Virus genome (UHGV): UHGV-1464012
Length of the DNA stretch: 33,909 nucleotides
Source: a virus
Strand: one strand, 5' to 3'
Shown piece by piece: positions 1 to 8,894 of the stretch (position 1 is the stretch's first letter; every line of letters starts with the position of its first letter). The notes under the pieces are model-generated. The model was not told the DNA's origin and ran no database searches. It worked only from the letters and a program-made list of their open reading frames with translations. A program made the translations under genes and the position numbers.

Positions 1-37
1 ATTGTATGCAAGTCCTCTCATGGTAAATTCCTCTTTG

Positions 38-352
38 TTAATTTATTCGTATGCCTGCTCTTTCTTCATCGAGTTTTTTTAGCTTGTATCGCATAGCTCT
101 TACTGAATAAATTGAGCGGCAGGTTGCAATTGCTATTTCTTCTGCGGAGAACTTACCGAAAAGTGATACTTCGGCTCTTGTCCATCGTCTTCCACGAAGT
201 CGGCTAACAATGTCAGCGCCAATCCTTGTTGCTTTCGCCATTACTGCTTTTTCAGTCCTTTCCAGTTTTTCAGCGATAACTTTAACTGGCATTGTCGCCG
301 CTACTTCGCGCAAGAAATCGACTTCCCATTTCTCCCATGGAGTCTTTTTCAT
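38..352 (-). CDS. hypothetical early-operon protein (104 aa), last gene of the leftward recombination block
   Basis: Intact ORF co-oriented with and downstream of recT and the Gp157-like gene; basic C-terminus; no family recognised. Confidence 0.4.
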   Translation of the reverse strand: MKKTPWEKWEVDFLREVAATMPVKVIAEKLERTEKAVMAKATRIGADIVSRLRGRRWTRAEVSLFGKFSAEEIAIATCRSIYSVRAMRYKLKKLDEERAGIRIN

Positions 353-363
353 TGGCGATACCG

Positions 364-852
364 TTATTTGATAAGAATTGAAGGTTTCCCAACTTTGAGT
401 TGAGCTCCGGGGATATTTATTCCTGCTTTTAGTTGGTGTTTGATTGCCAGTTTGTCGGCTTTAATTGTCGTTTCGAACTCAACGTATTCAGGAGGAAGGG
501 CGCTTGAGTCGATGATTTCTACAGTTTCTGACGGTTTGCGGATTGTTACCTGGTGAATACCTGCTCGAATCTTTTTCTTGCCAACCATTTCAAGCGATGA
601 CGCTATATATGATTTGATGCTGTCAATCTTATTTTGAATTACTGCGGCTCGCTCATTCAGCGACTTTGCCTCTTCCTTGAGGCGTTCAGCATAACCAGAT
701 TCATTTTTAATGACGGAAAGAAGTTGCTCTATTTTATCGGTAAATTCTCCTTCCATGCCTTCTATTGTGTCAGCAATCATCTCTGGTTCTAAATCTGAAT
801 CCATCAATTTTGCGTATTCATTGGCAATTTCATACAGTTTGCTCACTGGCAA
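364..852 (-). CDS. coiled-coil protein resembling the Siphovirus Gp157 family (RecT-associated, putative host-nuclease inhibitor)
   Basis: 162 aa, acidic N-terminus, coiled-coil character; immediately downstream of recT and overlapping its 3' end by 23 nt. Family assignment is from memory of the family profile, not a search. Confidence 0.4.
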   Translation of the reverse strand: MPVSKLYEIANEYAKLMDSDLEPEMIADTIEGMEGEFTDKIEQLLSVIKNESGYAERLKEEAKSLNERAAVIQNKIDSIKSYIASSLEMVGKKKIRAGIHQVTIRKPSETVEIIDSSALPPEYVEFETTIKADKLAIKHQLKAGINIPGAQLKVGKPSILIK

Positions 853-1732
853 CCTCCAGTTTCGCTTTGCATTCTGCGTAAATGGCTTGTACGTTCTGCT
901 GCAATTTCATTCCAGATGTCAGGCGATATGCTTCTGCAAAATATCGCTTCAAATCATCCATGTTTTCTGCCTGATCCATTTCATCGCAAAGAAGTTGTGC
1001 TTTATCCATTATTTCCTGCTGGCGTTTCCGTTCATCTTCGCGGATATCTTCCTCTGATTTGTGCGGCATAACTGGTTCCTGATGCATACCTTCATCTTCG
1101 TTAAGCAGGTGAATGGCATTATCCAGTCGCTGGGCTTTAGGCCAGTATTTGCTGGCGCGTTTAACTATGGTTTTACGCGCCATCTCTTCCCAGAATGTCT
1201 TCCACGGTCCATTCTTTGCCTTGCTCGTTGCTTCCACAGCTTTAATTTCTGCCAGACTCATTTCTTCAGTCAGGTAGTCACCATCTGCTGTTTTAACCGT
1301 GCAATAACCTCCAACAATAGAGCCTCGCTCACCAAATGCGTTGTATTTGTGGGTTGGTGCTGAATCAAGGCCATTTGATTCATAGGTGTCGTTTGAGTAC
1401 ACCAGTTTGCATTGCCCCCACTTAATTGATCCTGTCGATTGCGCAAGATGAAGTAATCCCATGTAACTGATATCAAGGCACACCATCCCGTCGCGAGGAA
1501 CCAGATAAGCCAGTTTGCTGGCCGGGTTTAAGGTGATGCCGATCGCCGCAACATTGATGATGGCGTTCTGTGCGCTGGTTGGATTTGCCAGTGCTGTTTT
1601 AGCCAGGTAATCGTTTTTCTGGAAATACTGAATTGCAAACTGGCTTTCCTTAGCCCATGTCACCGTCTGTTCAGTCAATGCTCCGCAGAATAACTGCTCT
1701 TGCTGTTTAACGAATTCAACGATATTGCTCAT
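830..1732 (-). CDS. recT: RecT-family single-strand annealing recombinase
   Basis: 300 aa; length and overall sequence character typical of phage RecT/Bet-type annealing proteins; sits in the pL-side early operon where lambdoid phages carry their recombinase. Confidence 0.8.
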   Translation of the reverse strand: MSNIVEFVKQQEQLFCGALTEQTVTWAKESQFAIQYFQKNDYLAKTALANPTSAQNAIINVAAIGITLNPASKLAYLVPRDGMVCLDISYMGLLHLAQSTGSIKWGQCKLVYSNDTYESNGLDSAPTHKYNAFGERGSIVGGYCTVKTADGDYLTEEMSLAEIKAVEATSKAKNGPWKTFWEEMARKTIVKRASKYWPKAQRLDNAIHLLNEDEGMHQEPVMPHKSEEDIREDERKRQQEIMDKAQLLCDEMDQAENMDDLKRYFAEAYRLTSGMKLQQNVQAIYAECKAKLEVASEQTV

Positions 1733-2040
1733 GCAGCTTCTCCATAAATATGTCTGCGTTTGAATATTGCGAAGGCATATTCAGCCTTAACTCTTTCGGT
1801 TATTGCATCCCAGAACCATTCAGCGGCTTTTTCCTGATAGTTACAGTCATCATCTTCCAGCCAGTCGATAGCGTCCTTAGTGTGTTCATCTGGTTTATAT
1901 GAGCGAAGCATTTCGCTTATTGGGTCGCAACGTTTGCAGAGGCGATCAACTTCACTGTTGATTCGTTCGTAATCTTCATCAGTAAAACTTGCGATTATTT
2001 GCGATATTTCACGCTTATCATTCAGAGTCAGAATCATCAT
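1729..2040 (-). CDS. hypothetical protein (103 aa)
   Basis: ORF whose stop overlaps the recT start (ATGA-type overlap); acidic, no family recognised. Confidence 0.5.
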   Translation of the reverse strand: MMILTLNDKREISQIIASFTDEDYERINSEVDRLCKRCDPISEMLRSYKPDEHTKDAIDWLEDDDCNYQEKAAEWFWDAITERVKAEYAFAIFKRRHIYGEAA

Positions 2041-2258
2041 CTTTCTCCTGTTCTTTGTGCTGATTGAGCATTTCTTTCATCTGACGAATGAATTCTTCGT
2101 CTGACCAGTTATCTGTAAAACTCATTTCCTGCGATACCACGGAAGGTTGATAGCTGATTTCATCGCTTTATTTGCTTCAAACCACATTTTTGAATCACCA
2201 ATAAATCTGGCTATTACTGCTTTGTTCTGTGCAGCACGAAGCATCTGGTGATTAATGG

Positions 2259-2393
2259 CTATTTCATTGCGCATAACGCCTCCAGTTGTTTCTTTGCTGC
2301 TCTGATTAATTGTTTAACTCGGCGTGATAATTCAGATTCGTGCGGGTAGAAAGCGGACATGACGCCGCTACCCGCGAGCTGAAAGTGCATCAT
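2259..2393 (-). CDS. small hypothetical protein (about 44 aa; internal start of the 79-aa track ORF)
   Basis: Internal Met preceded by AAGGAG at 7-nt spacing; the longer track ORF would run through a terminator-like hairpin at about 2455-2483. Confidence 0.35.
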   Translation of the reverse strand: MMHFQLAGSGVMSAFYPHESELSRRVKQLIRAAKKQLEALCAMK

Positions 2394-2454
2394 GGGTAAC
2401 TCCTTATATTTGATTGCATAACGAAAACGCCTCAAGTGAAGCGTTATTGGTATG

Positions 2455-2483
2455 CATATAAAAAGGCCCTCACATCGGAGGGC
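2455..2483 (-). terminator. putative rho-independent terminator (leftward transcripts)
   Basis: GCCCTC/GAGGGC stem followed by a T-run on the minus strand. Confidence 0.35.
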
Positions 2484-2578
2484 AAAGAAGATTTCCAATA
2501 ATCAGAACAAGTCGGCTCCTGTTTAGTTACGAGCGACATTGCTCCGTGTATTCACTCGTTGGAATGAATACACAGTGC

Positions 2579-2767
2579 TTATTCGTCATGCATTTCAGGT
2601 AATTCTTCGTATTCGACTCCCCATACGTTTTTACACCAACTAACTCGCTCATATCTTTTACAAAAATCAGACCACATAACTTGTGTTCCATCATGGTTTG
2701 TTATTATTTCTGTAATATCACCAACACTAACAAAACTGGTATTAGAAGCAGTTATTTTTACTTTCAT
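2579..2767 (-). CDS. hypothetical protein (62 aa)
   Basis: ORF in the leftward early operon; its stop overlaps the start of the upstream gene 2767..3057 by 1 nt. Confidence 0.4.
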   Translation of the reverse strand: MKVKITASNTSFVSVGDITEIITNHDGTQVMWSDFCKRYERVSWCKNVWGVEYEELPEMHDE

Positions 2768-3057
2768 TACTCATCTCCAAGAGCTTTGCTAATTGCTGAC
2801 TGTGCTTTCGATACTTCATCAGGATAATGGTCATTCCAGTTTTGCTTGTATGCCTTGTTTAGCATCGCTTTCAGGGCATTTAAAAGGTCAGGTGCTGCCG
2901 CTATTAGATTGGCATCTTCAATGCATTGAACTTCCTCACAGATTGCAATATACGAACGCCAGCCTGTGCCATTTTCAAGTGAGTCTGCCTGGATGATTTT
3001 AATCTCATCGCCATCCATCATTATTTCCCACTTACCTTCAGTACCTTTAAATTCCAT
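2767..3057 (-). CDS. hypothetical protein (96 aa)
   Basis: ORF with a GAGG Shine-Dalgarno about 5 nt upstream; follows a terminator-like hairpin. Confidence 0.5.
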   Translation of the reverse strand: MEFKGTEGKWEIMMDGDEIKIIQADSLENGTGWRSYIAICEEVQCIEDANLIAAAPDLLNALKAMLNKAYKQNWNDHYPDEVSKAQSAISKALGDE

Positions 3058-3077
3058 GTTAGCCTCTGTTGTTTATG

Positions 3078-3105
3078 CCAAAAATAAAGGCCGACTATGC
3101 GGCCT
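3078..3105 (-). terminator. putative rho-independent terminator (leftward)
   Basis: AGGCCG..CGGCCT stem followed by a T-rich run on the minus strand, directly after the stop of gene 3104..3733. Confidence 0.45.
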
Positions 3106-3733
3106 AGGAAGGAAGTCCAATCATCTTATTCAAATCTTCTACCCGTAAAGCAGGAAGTGCTGTACTTGCTTTATCTGCTTCTTTTGGTAGCAACTCTTTG
3201 CTTTCAGGCCAAACTTCAATAAGTCGCTTAACTGTTGTGACTGAGTTCAAAGCAGCCCATACATTTGATTCGATATCCTTTTTCTTGGCTTCAAGTTTTT
3301 GTTGCAATGCGCAGATTTCATCAAACCTTTTTGTTATTTCGTGTTCTGCGTCAAACATGCATTTATCTTTTTCTGGGGTGGGGAGCAATATATCTTCACC
3401 GTTGCCGTCTTTCCCATATGAAAGCCATCCAACCCTTCTGCCAGATACAGTCAGATAAATTGAAGTAGAACGAACATCGTATGAGTAAAATGAACATCCC
3501 ATCTTTTCAAGTTCTTCACTTATAGCTACCAACTTGGATGATAACTGATCCACTTCCTCAGTTTTCTTTTTACCGCCAAACGCAATAACTCTGGCGTCAA
3601 GTGCAAGCTGGTTCTTTAACTTTGTTACTTCTTCAAGTTCAGTGAAAACCCCAGACTTAATTAAAGCGTTACGAGCGATTTCCTCTTTCATTCTCGTAGT
3701 TAAGCGGATTGATGACATATTAATTCCTCTCAA
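3104..3733 (-). CDS. hypothetical protein (209 aa) with coiled-coil character
   Basis: Long intact ORF in the early left operon; no family recognised. Confidence 0.55.
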   Translation of the reverse strand: MRGINMSSIRLTTRMKEEIARNALIKSGVFTELEEVTKLKNQLALDARVIAFGGKKKTEEVDQLSSKLVAISEELEKMGCSFYSYDVRSTSIYLTVSGRRVGWLSYGKDGNGEDILLPTPEKDKCMFDAEHEITKRFDEICALQQKLEAKKKDIESNVWAALNSVTTVKRLIEVWPESKELLPKEADKASTALPALRVEDLNKMIGLPS

Positions 3734-3754
3734 ATAAGAAAATAAAGGCCACCA

Positions 3755-3955
3755 TCAGGCAGCCTTGTTATTCTGTTTACCAAGTTCTCTGGCAATCATT
3801 GCCGTCGTTCGTATTGCCCATTTATCGACATATTTCCCATCTTCCATTACAGGAAACATTTCTTCAGGCTTAACCATGCATTCCGATTGCAGCTTGCATC
3901 CATTGCATCGCTTGAATTGTCCACACCATTGATTTGTATCAATAGTCGTAGTCAT
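3755..3955 (-). CDS. small Cys-rich protein (66 aa), possible zinc-ribbon
   Basis: Cys pattern C-x4-C-x2-C-x5-C near the N-terminus. Confidence 0.4.
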   Translation of the reverse strand: MTTTIDTNQWCGQFKRCNGCKLQSECMVKPEEMFPVMEDGKYVDKWAIRTTAMIARELGKQNNKAA

Positions 3956-4134
3956 ACGGATAGTCCTGGTATTGTTCCATCACATCCTGAGGATGCTCTT
4001 CGAACTCTTCAAATTCTTCTTCCATATATCACCTCAAATAAGTGGTTTGCTGCCTAATTTCATTTTCTGGCGACCAACACAAGTTACACCCATTTCACTG
4101 CGTTGCTTGCGGTAGTAAATTATGTTTGTTCAGA

Positions 4135-4158
4135 CAATAAAAAACCCACCGAAGTGGG
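4135..4158 (-). terminator. putative rho-independent terminator (tL-like) downstream of gene 4159..4503
   Basis: CCCAC..GTGGG hairpin followed by a T-run on the minus strand, immediately after the stop codon. Confidence 0.45.
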
Positions 4159-4503
4159 CTATGACCATTTTTTATTTGGATTTCGTTGGTGAGCGTGATT
4201 AACAACTCTGTGCATTACATCCTCATATTTTTCATCTTCAATTTTTTCGACATCGCGAGGAAATGGTGTTGCTAATGCTTTGTCAACTTTGTCCATTGGG
4301 TCTTCATTAATCTTATATTCAGGACCATCATCTATAGCATTAAATCCAGGTGTTACACCGTTTTTTAATGCATATGCTATCCTTTTTTCCCATCTCGCTA
4401 TTCTCCTCCTGTCTCGAGATGTAAGACCTCTATCAGATACTTTTCTGTTTTGTCCGCGGTCAGGATTAACATAAATAGTCTTTTTCACCATAAGCATACT
4501 CAA
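4159..4503 (-). CDS. hypothetical protein (114 aa)
   Basis: ORF whose start overlaps the N stop by 4 nt; basic N-terminus, acidic C-terminus. Confidence 0.5.
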   Translation of the reverse strand: MSMLMVKKTIYVNPDRGQNRKVSDRGLTSRDRRRIARWEKRIAYALKNGVTPGFNAIDDGPEYKINEDPMDKVDKALATPFPRDVEKIEDEKYEDVMHRVVNHAHQRNPNKKWS

Positions 4504-4805
4504 TAAGCACCGTACGGTAGTTTACTGTACAATTTTATTTTTTGGACTGCATGTATTTTGTTTCCTAATGGGTTTGAATCTTTGTAATAAATACTTCTAT
4601 TTTTTCGAACGACTTCTTCTTTCTTCTTGCAGCAAAGGCTTCCTAGCGATGCTGCTTTGTCTGCTCTGACGCAACCAGAGAGCTTTAGCGCAATTTTTCG
4701 CGCCAGTGCTTCATTACTGCGTCGCTCGGCAATAAGTTCTGCTCTGCGAGCTTTGTAGCGGCTTTTTGCCGCACCTTTGGATTCTTTCCAGACAATGGTT
4801 ACCAT
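4500..4805 (-). CDS. N: N-like transcription antiterminator (phage-21-like arginine-rich motif)
   Basis: Internal start MVTIVWKESKGAAKSRYKARRAELIAERR is an N-terminal arginine-rich motif closely resembling the N protein of phage 21 as I recall it; AAGGAG about 6 nt upstream of this Met; positioned between the pL/OL region and the early-left genes. Confidence 0.7.
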   Translation of the reverse strand: MVTIVWKESKGAAKSRYKARRAELIAERRSNEALARKIALKLSGCVRADKAASLGSLCCKKKEEVVRKNRSIYYKDSNPLGNKIHAVQKIKLYSKLPYGAY

Positions 4806-4915
4806 GATGGTCTCCTTTAAGTGGCTTTGGCGCATGACGCGTCGAGGTGCTTATCTTCTCGATCGCTGTCTTGCAGCTGCAATTCGCGCCATCCCCAAAA
4901 CCACTCAAGTTCTGG

Positions 4916-4956
4916 TCTCAACGGTTAGGTTGAGAGTCCGTCGATGTTAAAGAGCA
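4916..4956 (-). promoter_or_regulatory. nutL (boxA TGCTCTTTAA, then boxB hairpin UCUCAAC-CUAACC-GUUGAGA on the leftward transcript)
   Basis: boxA-like decamer followed 11 nt later by a perfect 7-bp stem with a 6-nt loop, upstream of N in the transcript. Confidence 0.5.
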
Positions 4957-5002
4957 TGCCAATCTGTTCCGTTTGGCTTCCAGTGTCCTGCTGATGGCTT
5001 AA

Positions 5003-5054
5003 ATTTAAGGCTTCTTAATTTATTGGTCAAGTGTATTTTGAAGAAAACTTAATT
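5003..5054. promoter_or_regulatory. OL/pL region with P22-type operator-like sites
   Basis: 18-bp sites matching AnTnAAG-N4-CTTnAnT (ATTTAAGGCTTCTTAATT at about 5003-5020; weaker site at about 5037-5054) between the repressor terminator and N. Confidence 0.4.
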
Positions 5055-5092
5055 TTATGGGCGTGAATTTAGTTTGTCTTTGATTTTTAACG

Positions 5093-5118
5093 GGAAATAA
5101 AAAAGGGGCGAAAGCCCC
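5093..5118 (-). terminator. rho-independent terminator of the repressor transcript
   Basis: GGGGC-GAAA-GCCCC hairpin abutting the c2 stop codon, followed by a T-run on the minus strand. Confidence 0.55.
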
Positions 5119-5769
5119 TTAAGGAAGGTTTGCTAGCTTGGCATCAACGACAACGCCAATGATTTTACAGTTCCCATTGATTTCAATCATTGGGTATTGT
5201 GGATTGAGTGGTTTCAGGAATTTTCTCCCGGCATCAATAACTAACTTTTTGAATGTCGCCTCGTTTTCTCCTTCAAGTTTGGCGACTACCAGCTTTCCAT
5301 TACGTGGTTCGACTTCTGGGTCGACGAGAATAATCATCCCCTCAGGAATACTCAGTCCTGCCGGGGCAGTCATTGAGTCGCCTTTAACGTCGAGCCAAAA
5401 AGAGTCTTCAGAACAATCTACCGTTGTGTCGTACCAGTTATCTATTGCACGCCTATGATATGGCTCTACAGCTTCCATCCAACATCCTGCGCTTACCCAA
5501 CTAATTAGAGGATACGAACCTCTTGGATCATGCCTGCTGTGATAGGCAATGTTTGAAAGACTATCCTCTCCTTTCAACAGGTAATCAGGGGAGCACTGCA
5601 AAGCCTTGGCTAAGGCCAATAGGTTTTCGCCATTGGGCTCAGTTTCAGATCGCTCCCATTGGGAAATAGCAACATTAGACACGCCAACCATCTTGCCAAG
5701 GGCAGCCTGCCTAATCTTGAGTTCTTTTCTGCGAGCGCGAATACGCTCACCCATCAGTTGTGTATTCAT
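5119..5769 (-). CDS. c2: CI-type prophage repressor, P22 c2-like (N-terminal HTH, C-terminal S24 LexA-like autopeptidase domain)
   Basis: 216 aa; sequence closely matches my recollection of P22 c2 (MNTQLMGERIRARRK... through ...KIIGVVVDAKLANLP); divergent from cro with operators in between. Confidence 0.9.
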   Translation of the reverse strand: MNTQLMGERIRARRKELKIRQAALGKMVGVSNVAISQWERSETEPNGENLLALAKALQCSPDYLLKGEDSLSNIAYHSRHDPRGSYPLISWVSAGCWMEAVEPYHRRAIDNWYDTTVDCSEDSFWLDVKGDSMTAPAGLSIPEGMIILVDPEVEPRNGKLVVAKLEGENEATFKKLVIDAGRKFLKPLNPQYPMIEINGNCKIIGVVVDAKLANLP

Positions 5770-5849
5770 AGTTAAGACATCTTAAATAAACTTGACTTAA
5801 GATTCCTTTGGTGGATAATTTAAGTGTTCTTTAATTTCGGAGCGAGTCT
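5770..5849. promoter_or_regulatory. OR/pRM/pR region with three 18-bp operator-like sites
   Basis: AGTTAAGACATCTTAAAT (5770-5787), ACTTAAGATTCCTTTGGT (5795-5812) and ATTTAAGTGTTCTTTAAT (5818-5835), spaced 25 and 23 bp; they fit the P22 operator pattern AnTnAAG-N4-CTTnAnT. Confidence 0.7.
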
Positions 5850-6035
5850 ATGTACAAAAAAGATGTTATTGACCACTTCGGAACCCAGCGTGCTGTTGCT
5901 AAAGCACTAGGCATTAGCGATGCAGCAGTCTCTCAGTGGAAAGAAGTTATCCCAGAGAAAGACGCCTATCGATTGGAAATCGTTACAGCTGGCGCCCTGA
6001 AGTATCAAGAAAGTGCTTACCGCCAAGCGGCATAA
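5850..6035 (+). CDS. cro: Cro repressor (P22 Cro-like)
   Basis: 61 aa HTH protein (MYKKDVIDHFGTQRAVAKALGISDAAVSQWK...) divergent from the repressor, as in P22 immC. Confidence 0.85.
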   Translation: MYKKDVIDHFGTQRAVAKALGISDAAVSQWKEVIPEKDAYRLEIVTAGALKYQESAYRQAA

Positions 6036-6041
6036 GCAAAT

Positions 6042-6082
6042 TGCTCTTTAACAGTTCTGGCCTTTCACCTCTAACCGGGTGA
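6042..6082 (+). promoter_or_regulatory. nutR (boxA TGCTCTTTAA plus boxB hairpin UCACCU-CUAACC-GGGUGA)
   Basis: Same boxA decamer and same CUAACC loop as the nutL element, placed between cro and the cII-like gene. Confidence 0.5.
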
Positions 6083-6150
6083 GCAAACATCAGCGGCAAA
6101 TCCATTGGGTGTGCCGCTATAACTCAATATCAATATAGGAAAATTAACAA

Positions 6151-6447
6151 ATGGCACAAGCAAGCTACAGCAAGCCAACACAGCGAGAAATTGATCGCGC
6201 TGAAACTGATTTACTCATCAACCTGTCAACGCTTACCCAGCGCGGTCTGGCAAAGATGATTGGCTGTCATGAATCGAAGATAAGCAGAACGGACTGGAGA
6301 TTTATTGCTTCGGTCTTGTGTGCTTTCGGAATGGCATCAGACATCAGTCCGATTAGCAGGGCTTTTAAGTATGCGCTTGATGAAATCACAAAGAAAAAAT
6401 CCCCGGCCGCCACCGAGGATTTTAAGCAAATTGATATGCAATTCTGA
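6151..6447 (+). CDS. CII-like lysogeny-establishment transcriptional activator (P22 c1-like)
   Basis: 98 aa HTH protein in the cII position downstream of cro and nutR. Confidence 0.7.
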   Translation: MAQASYSKPTQREIDRAETDLLINLSTLTQRGLAKMIGCHESKISRTDWRFIASVLCAFGMASDISPISRAFKYALDEITKKKSPAATEDFKQIDMQF

Positions 6448-6479
6448 GGGAATTACTGGATCAATCCACAGGAGTAATT

Positions 6480-6641
6480 ATGACAAAACGTCGTAAGAAA
6501 TACCAGGAAAAAGAAGAGATTCGACACCCTGATTCACCTGAGGGATTAGTGGTAGCCGCAGCAAATAACAGGGCGTTCGCAGAGCGCCTTGTTGGTGTTT
6601 ACAGACTAGCCAAAGCAGGAGTGAAACATGGGCGTCGTTAA
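6480..6641 (+). CDS. small basic ORF (53 aa) overlapping the start of the O-like gene
   Basis: ATG preceded by AGGAG at 5-nt spacing; too short for the ORF track; overlaps the O-like start by 14 nt in another frame. Confidence 0.25.
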   Translation: MTKRRKKYQEKEEIRHPDSPEGLVVAAANNRAFAERLVGVYRLAKAGVKHGRR

Positions 6642-7449
6642 GTTAGCTGATTACAGGCCTCAACTGGAGGTCGTGGAGCATCGCGTGGCAGATACCGAAG
6701 ATGGTTTCATGCGCGTCGCTAACGAGATTACCGACAGTCTGCTGATGGCTGATTTAACCGTCCGGCAGTTGAAGGTGATGCTCGCTATCATGCGCAAGAC
6801 ATACGGATTCAATAAGCCGATGGATCGACTCACAAACACGCAGATAGCAGCCATGACAGGTATTCATCACACTCATGTTTGCGCTGCCAAGCGCCAGCTT
6901 ATTGAGCGTAAATTCCTCATTGCTGATGGCGTGAAAATCGGAGTGAACAAGGTGGTTTCTCAGTGGATTAGCCAGGACAGCTTAACATTAGCTAAAACAG
7001 CTAATAAAACATTAGCCAAGTCGGCTAATGGGTATAAGCCAAGTCAGCTAAACACAAAAGACAATATACAAAAGACAATAAATACAAATACCCCCCTACC
7101 CCCCAATGGGGGCGGCGATGGGCAGGTTAAACCTGAACGTCGGAAGGCAGAACGCATCGACTACGAATCCTTCCTGAACGCCTACAACACCGAAGTCGGT
7201 GACAGACTTCCTCATGCTGTTGCGGTCAACGAGAAACGCAAACGTCGCCTGAAGAAAATCATTCCGCAACTGAAAACGCCAAACGTGGACGGTTTCAGAG
7301 CGTATGTCAGGGCGTTTGTGCATCAGGCCAAGCCGTTTTACTTCGGAGACAACGACACGGGCTGGACGGCAGATTTTGATTACCTGCTGAGGGAAGACTC
7401 GTTAACGGGAGTTCGGGAAGGGAAGTTTGCAGACAGGGGGATTGCATGA
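6628..7449 (+). CDS. replication initiator, lambda O / P22 gene 18-like
   Basis: 273 aa; N-terminal region resembles lambda O-type initiators; Thr/Asn-rich linker; followed by a helicase gene with a 4-nt overlap. Confidence 0.8.
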   Translation: MGVVKLADYRPQLEVVEHRVADTEDGFMRVANEITDSLLMADLTVRQLKVMLAIMRKTYGFNKPMDRLTNTQIAAMTGIHHTHVCAAKRQLIERKFLIADGVKIGVNKVVSQWISQDSLTLAKTANKTLAKSANGYKPSQLNTKDNIQKTINTNTPLPPNGGGDGQVKPERRKAERIDYESFLNAYNTEVGDRLPHAVAVNEKRKRRLKKIIPQLKTPNVDGFRAYVRAFVHQAKPFYFGDNDTGWTADFDYLLREDSLTGVREGKFADRGIA

Positions 7450-8822
7450 GACAGGATATCGAAGCGAGCGTTATCGGTGGCCTGCTGATTGGTGGATTAA
7501 CTCCAACCGCCAGTGACGTTCTGGCAACGCTTGAGCCGGAAGCGTTTTCAATTCCGCTCTACAGGAAAGCCTTCGAAGTTATCCGTAAGCAGGCGAGAAA
7601 CAGAAACCTAATCGACGCGATGATGGTTGCCGAGGCGTGCGGAGAGGAGCATTTCACGTCAATCCTGATGACCAGTAAGAACTGCCCGAGTTCCGCAAAC
7701 CTGAAGGGATATGCCGGAATGGTCGCGGATAACTATCACCGCCGTCTGGTGCTGGAAATCATGGATGAAATGCGTGAACCAATTCAGAGCGGAACCATCG
7801 ACGCATCGAGTCAGGCGATGGATGAGCTTGTAAAGCGTCTTTCAGCCATCAGAAAGCCCCGTGACGAGGTTAAACCGGTACGGTTAGGGGAAATCATCAC
7901 CGACTACACTGACACGCTTGACAGGCGTCTGAGGAACGGAGAAGAGTCAGATACCCTGAAGACCGGAATCGAAGAACTTGATGCCATCACCGGAGGGATG
8001 AACGCGGAAGACCTGGTGATAATCGCTGCTCGTCCTGGTATGGGGAAAACCGAACTGGCGCTGAAGATTGCCGAAGGCGTTGCAAGCCGCGTTATTCCTG
8101 GTTCTGACGTCCGGCGCGGAGTGTTGATTTTCTCGATGGAAATGAGCGCATTGCAGATTGCAGAGCGAAGCATTGCCAACGCCGGGAGGATGTCGGTTAG
8201 CGTACTGCGAAATCCTGCATCGATGGATGACGAAGGCTGGGCGCGTGTTGCTAACGGCATGAGTCAGCTTGCAGATTTGGATGTATGGGTAGTCGATGCC
8301 TCGCGGTTATCGGTAGAAGAAATTCGCTCAATCGCAGAGCGGCACAAACAGGAAAATCCAAACCTGTCACTCATCATGGCGGATTATCTTGGCCTGATTG
8401 AGAAGCCGAAAGCAGACCGCAACGACCTCGCAATTGCTCACATCTCAGGAAGCCTGAAGGCGATGGCGAAAGACCTGAAAACGCCAGTTATATCCCTAAG
8501 TCAGCTTTCGCGCGATGTTGAGAAGCGACCAAATAAACGCCCGACAAACGCAGATTTGCGTGATTCAGGAAGCATTGAACAGGACGCAGACTCAATCATC
8601 ATGCTCTATCGGGAAGCGGTATATGACGAGAACAGTAGCGCCGCGCCATTTGCTGAAATCATTGTGACGAAAAACCGTTTTGGCTCGCTTGGTACGGTTT
8701 ACCAGCGGTTCTGCAACGGACACTTTGTTGCATGTGACCAGGATGAAGCCAGACAGATTTGCACAGCATCAAATGCACCTGCTGCGCGTGGCAGACGATA
8801 TGCACAAGGGGCTGACGTATGA
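7446..8822 (+). CDS. replicative DNA helicase, DnaB family (P22 gene 12-like)
   Basis: 458 aa; Walker A GMGKT, DnaB-like motifs (SLSQLSR, IIMLYRE). Confidence 0.85.
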   Translation: MRQDIEASVIGGLLIGGLTPTASDVLATLEPEAFSIPLYRKAFEVIRKQARNRNLIDAMMVAEACGEEHFTSILMTSKNCPSSANLKGYAGMVADNYHRRLVLEIMDEMREPIQSGTIDASSQAMDELVKRLSAIRKPRDEVKPVRLGEIITDYTDTLDRRLRNGEESDTLKTGIEELDAITGGMNAEDLVIIAARPGMGKTELALKIAEGVASRVIPGSDVRRGVLIFSMEMSALQIAERSIANAGRMSVSVLRNPASMDDEGWARVANGMSQLADLDVWVVDASRLSVEEIRSIAERHKQENPNLSLIMADYLGLIEKPKADRNDLAIAHISGSLKAMAKDLKTPVISLSQLSRDVEKRPNKRPTNADLRDSGSIEQDADSIIMLYREAVYDENSSAAPFAEIIVTKNRFGSLGTVYQRFCNGHFVACDQDEARQICTASNAPAARGRRYAQGADV

Positions 8823-8894
8823 CCATCTACATCACTGAGCTGATAGCAGGCCTGCTGGTAATCGCAGGCCTTTTTATTTGGGGGAGGGTAAATC

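Noticed and set aside
2259-2498. Full-length 79-aa minus-strand track ORF
   Set aside because: Its 5' part runs through a terminator-like hairpin (about 2455-2483) and has no ribosome-binding site; an internal start with AAGGAG (2393) gives a more plausible 44-aa gene.
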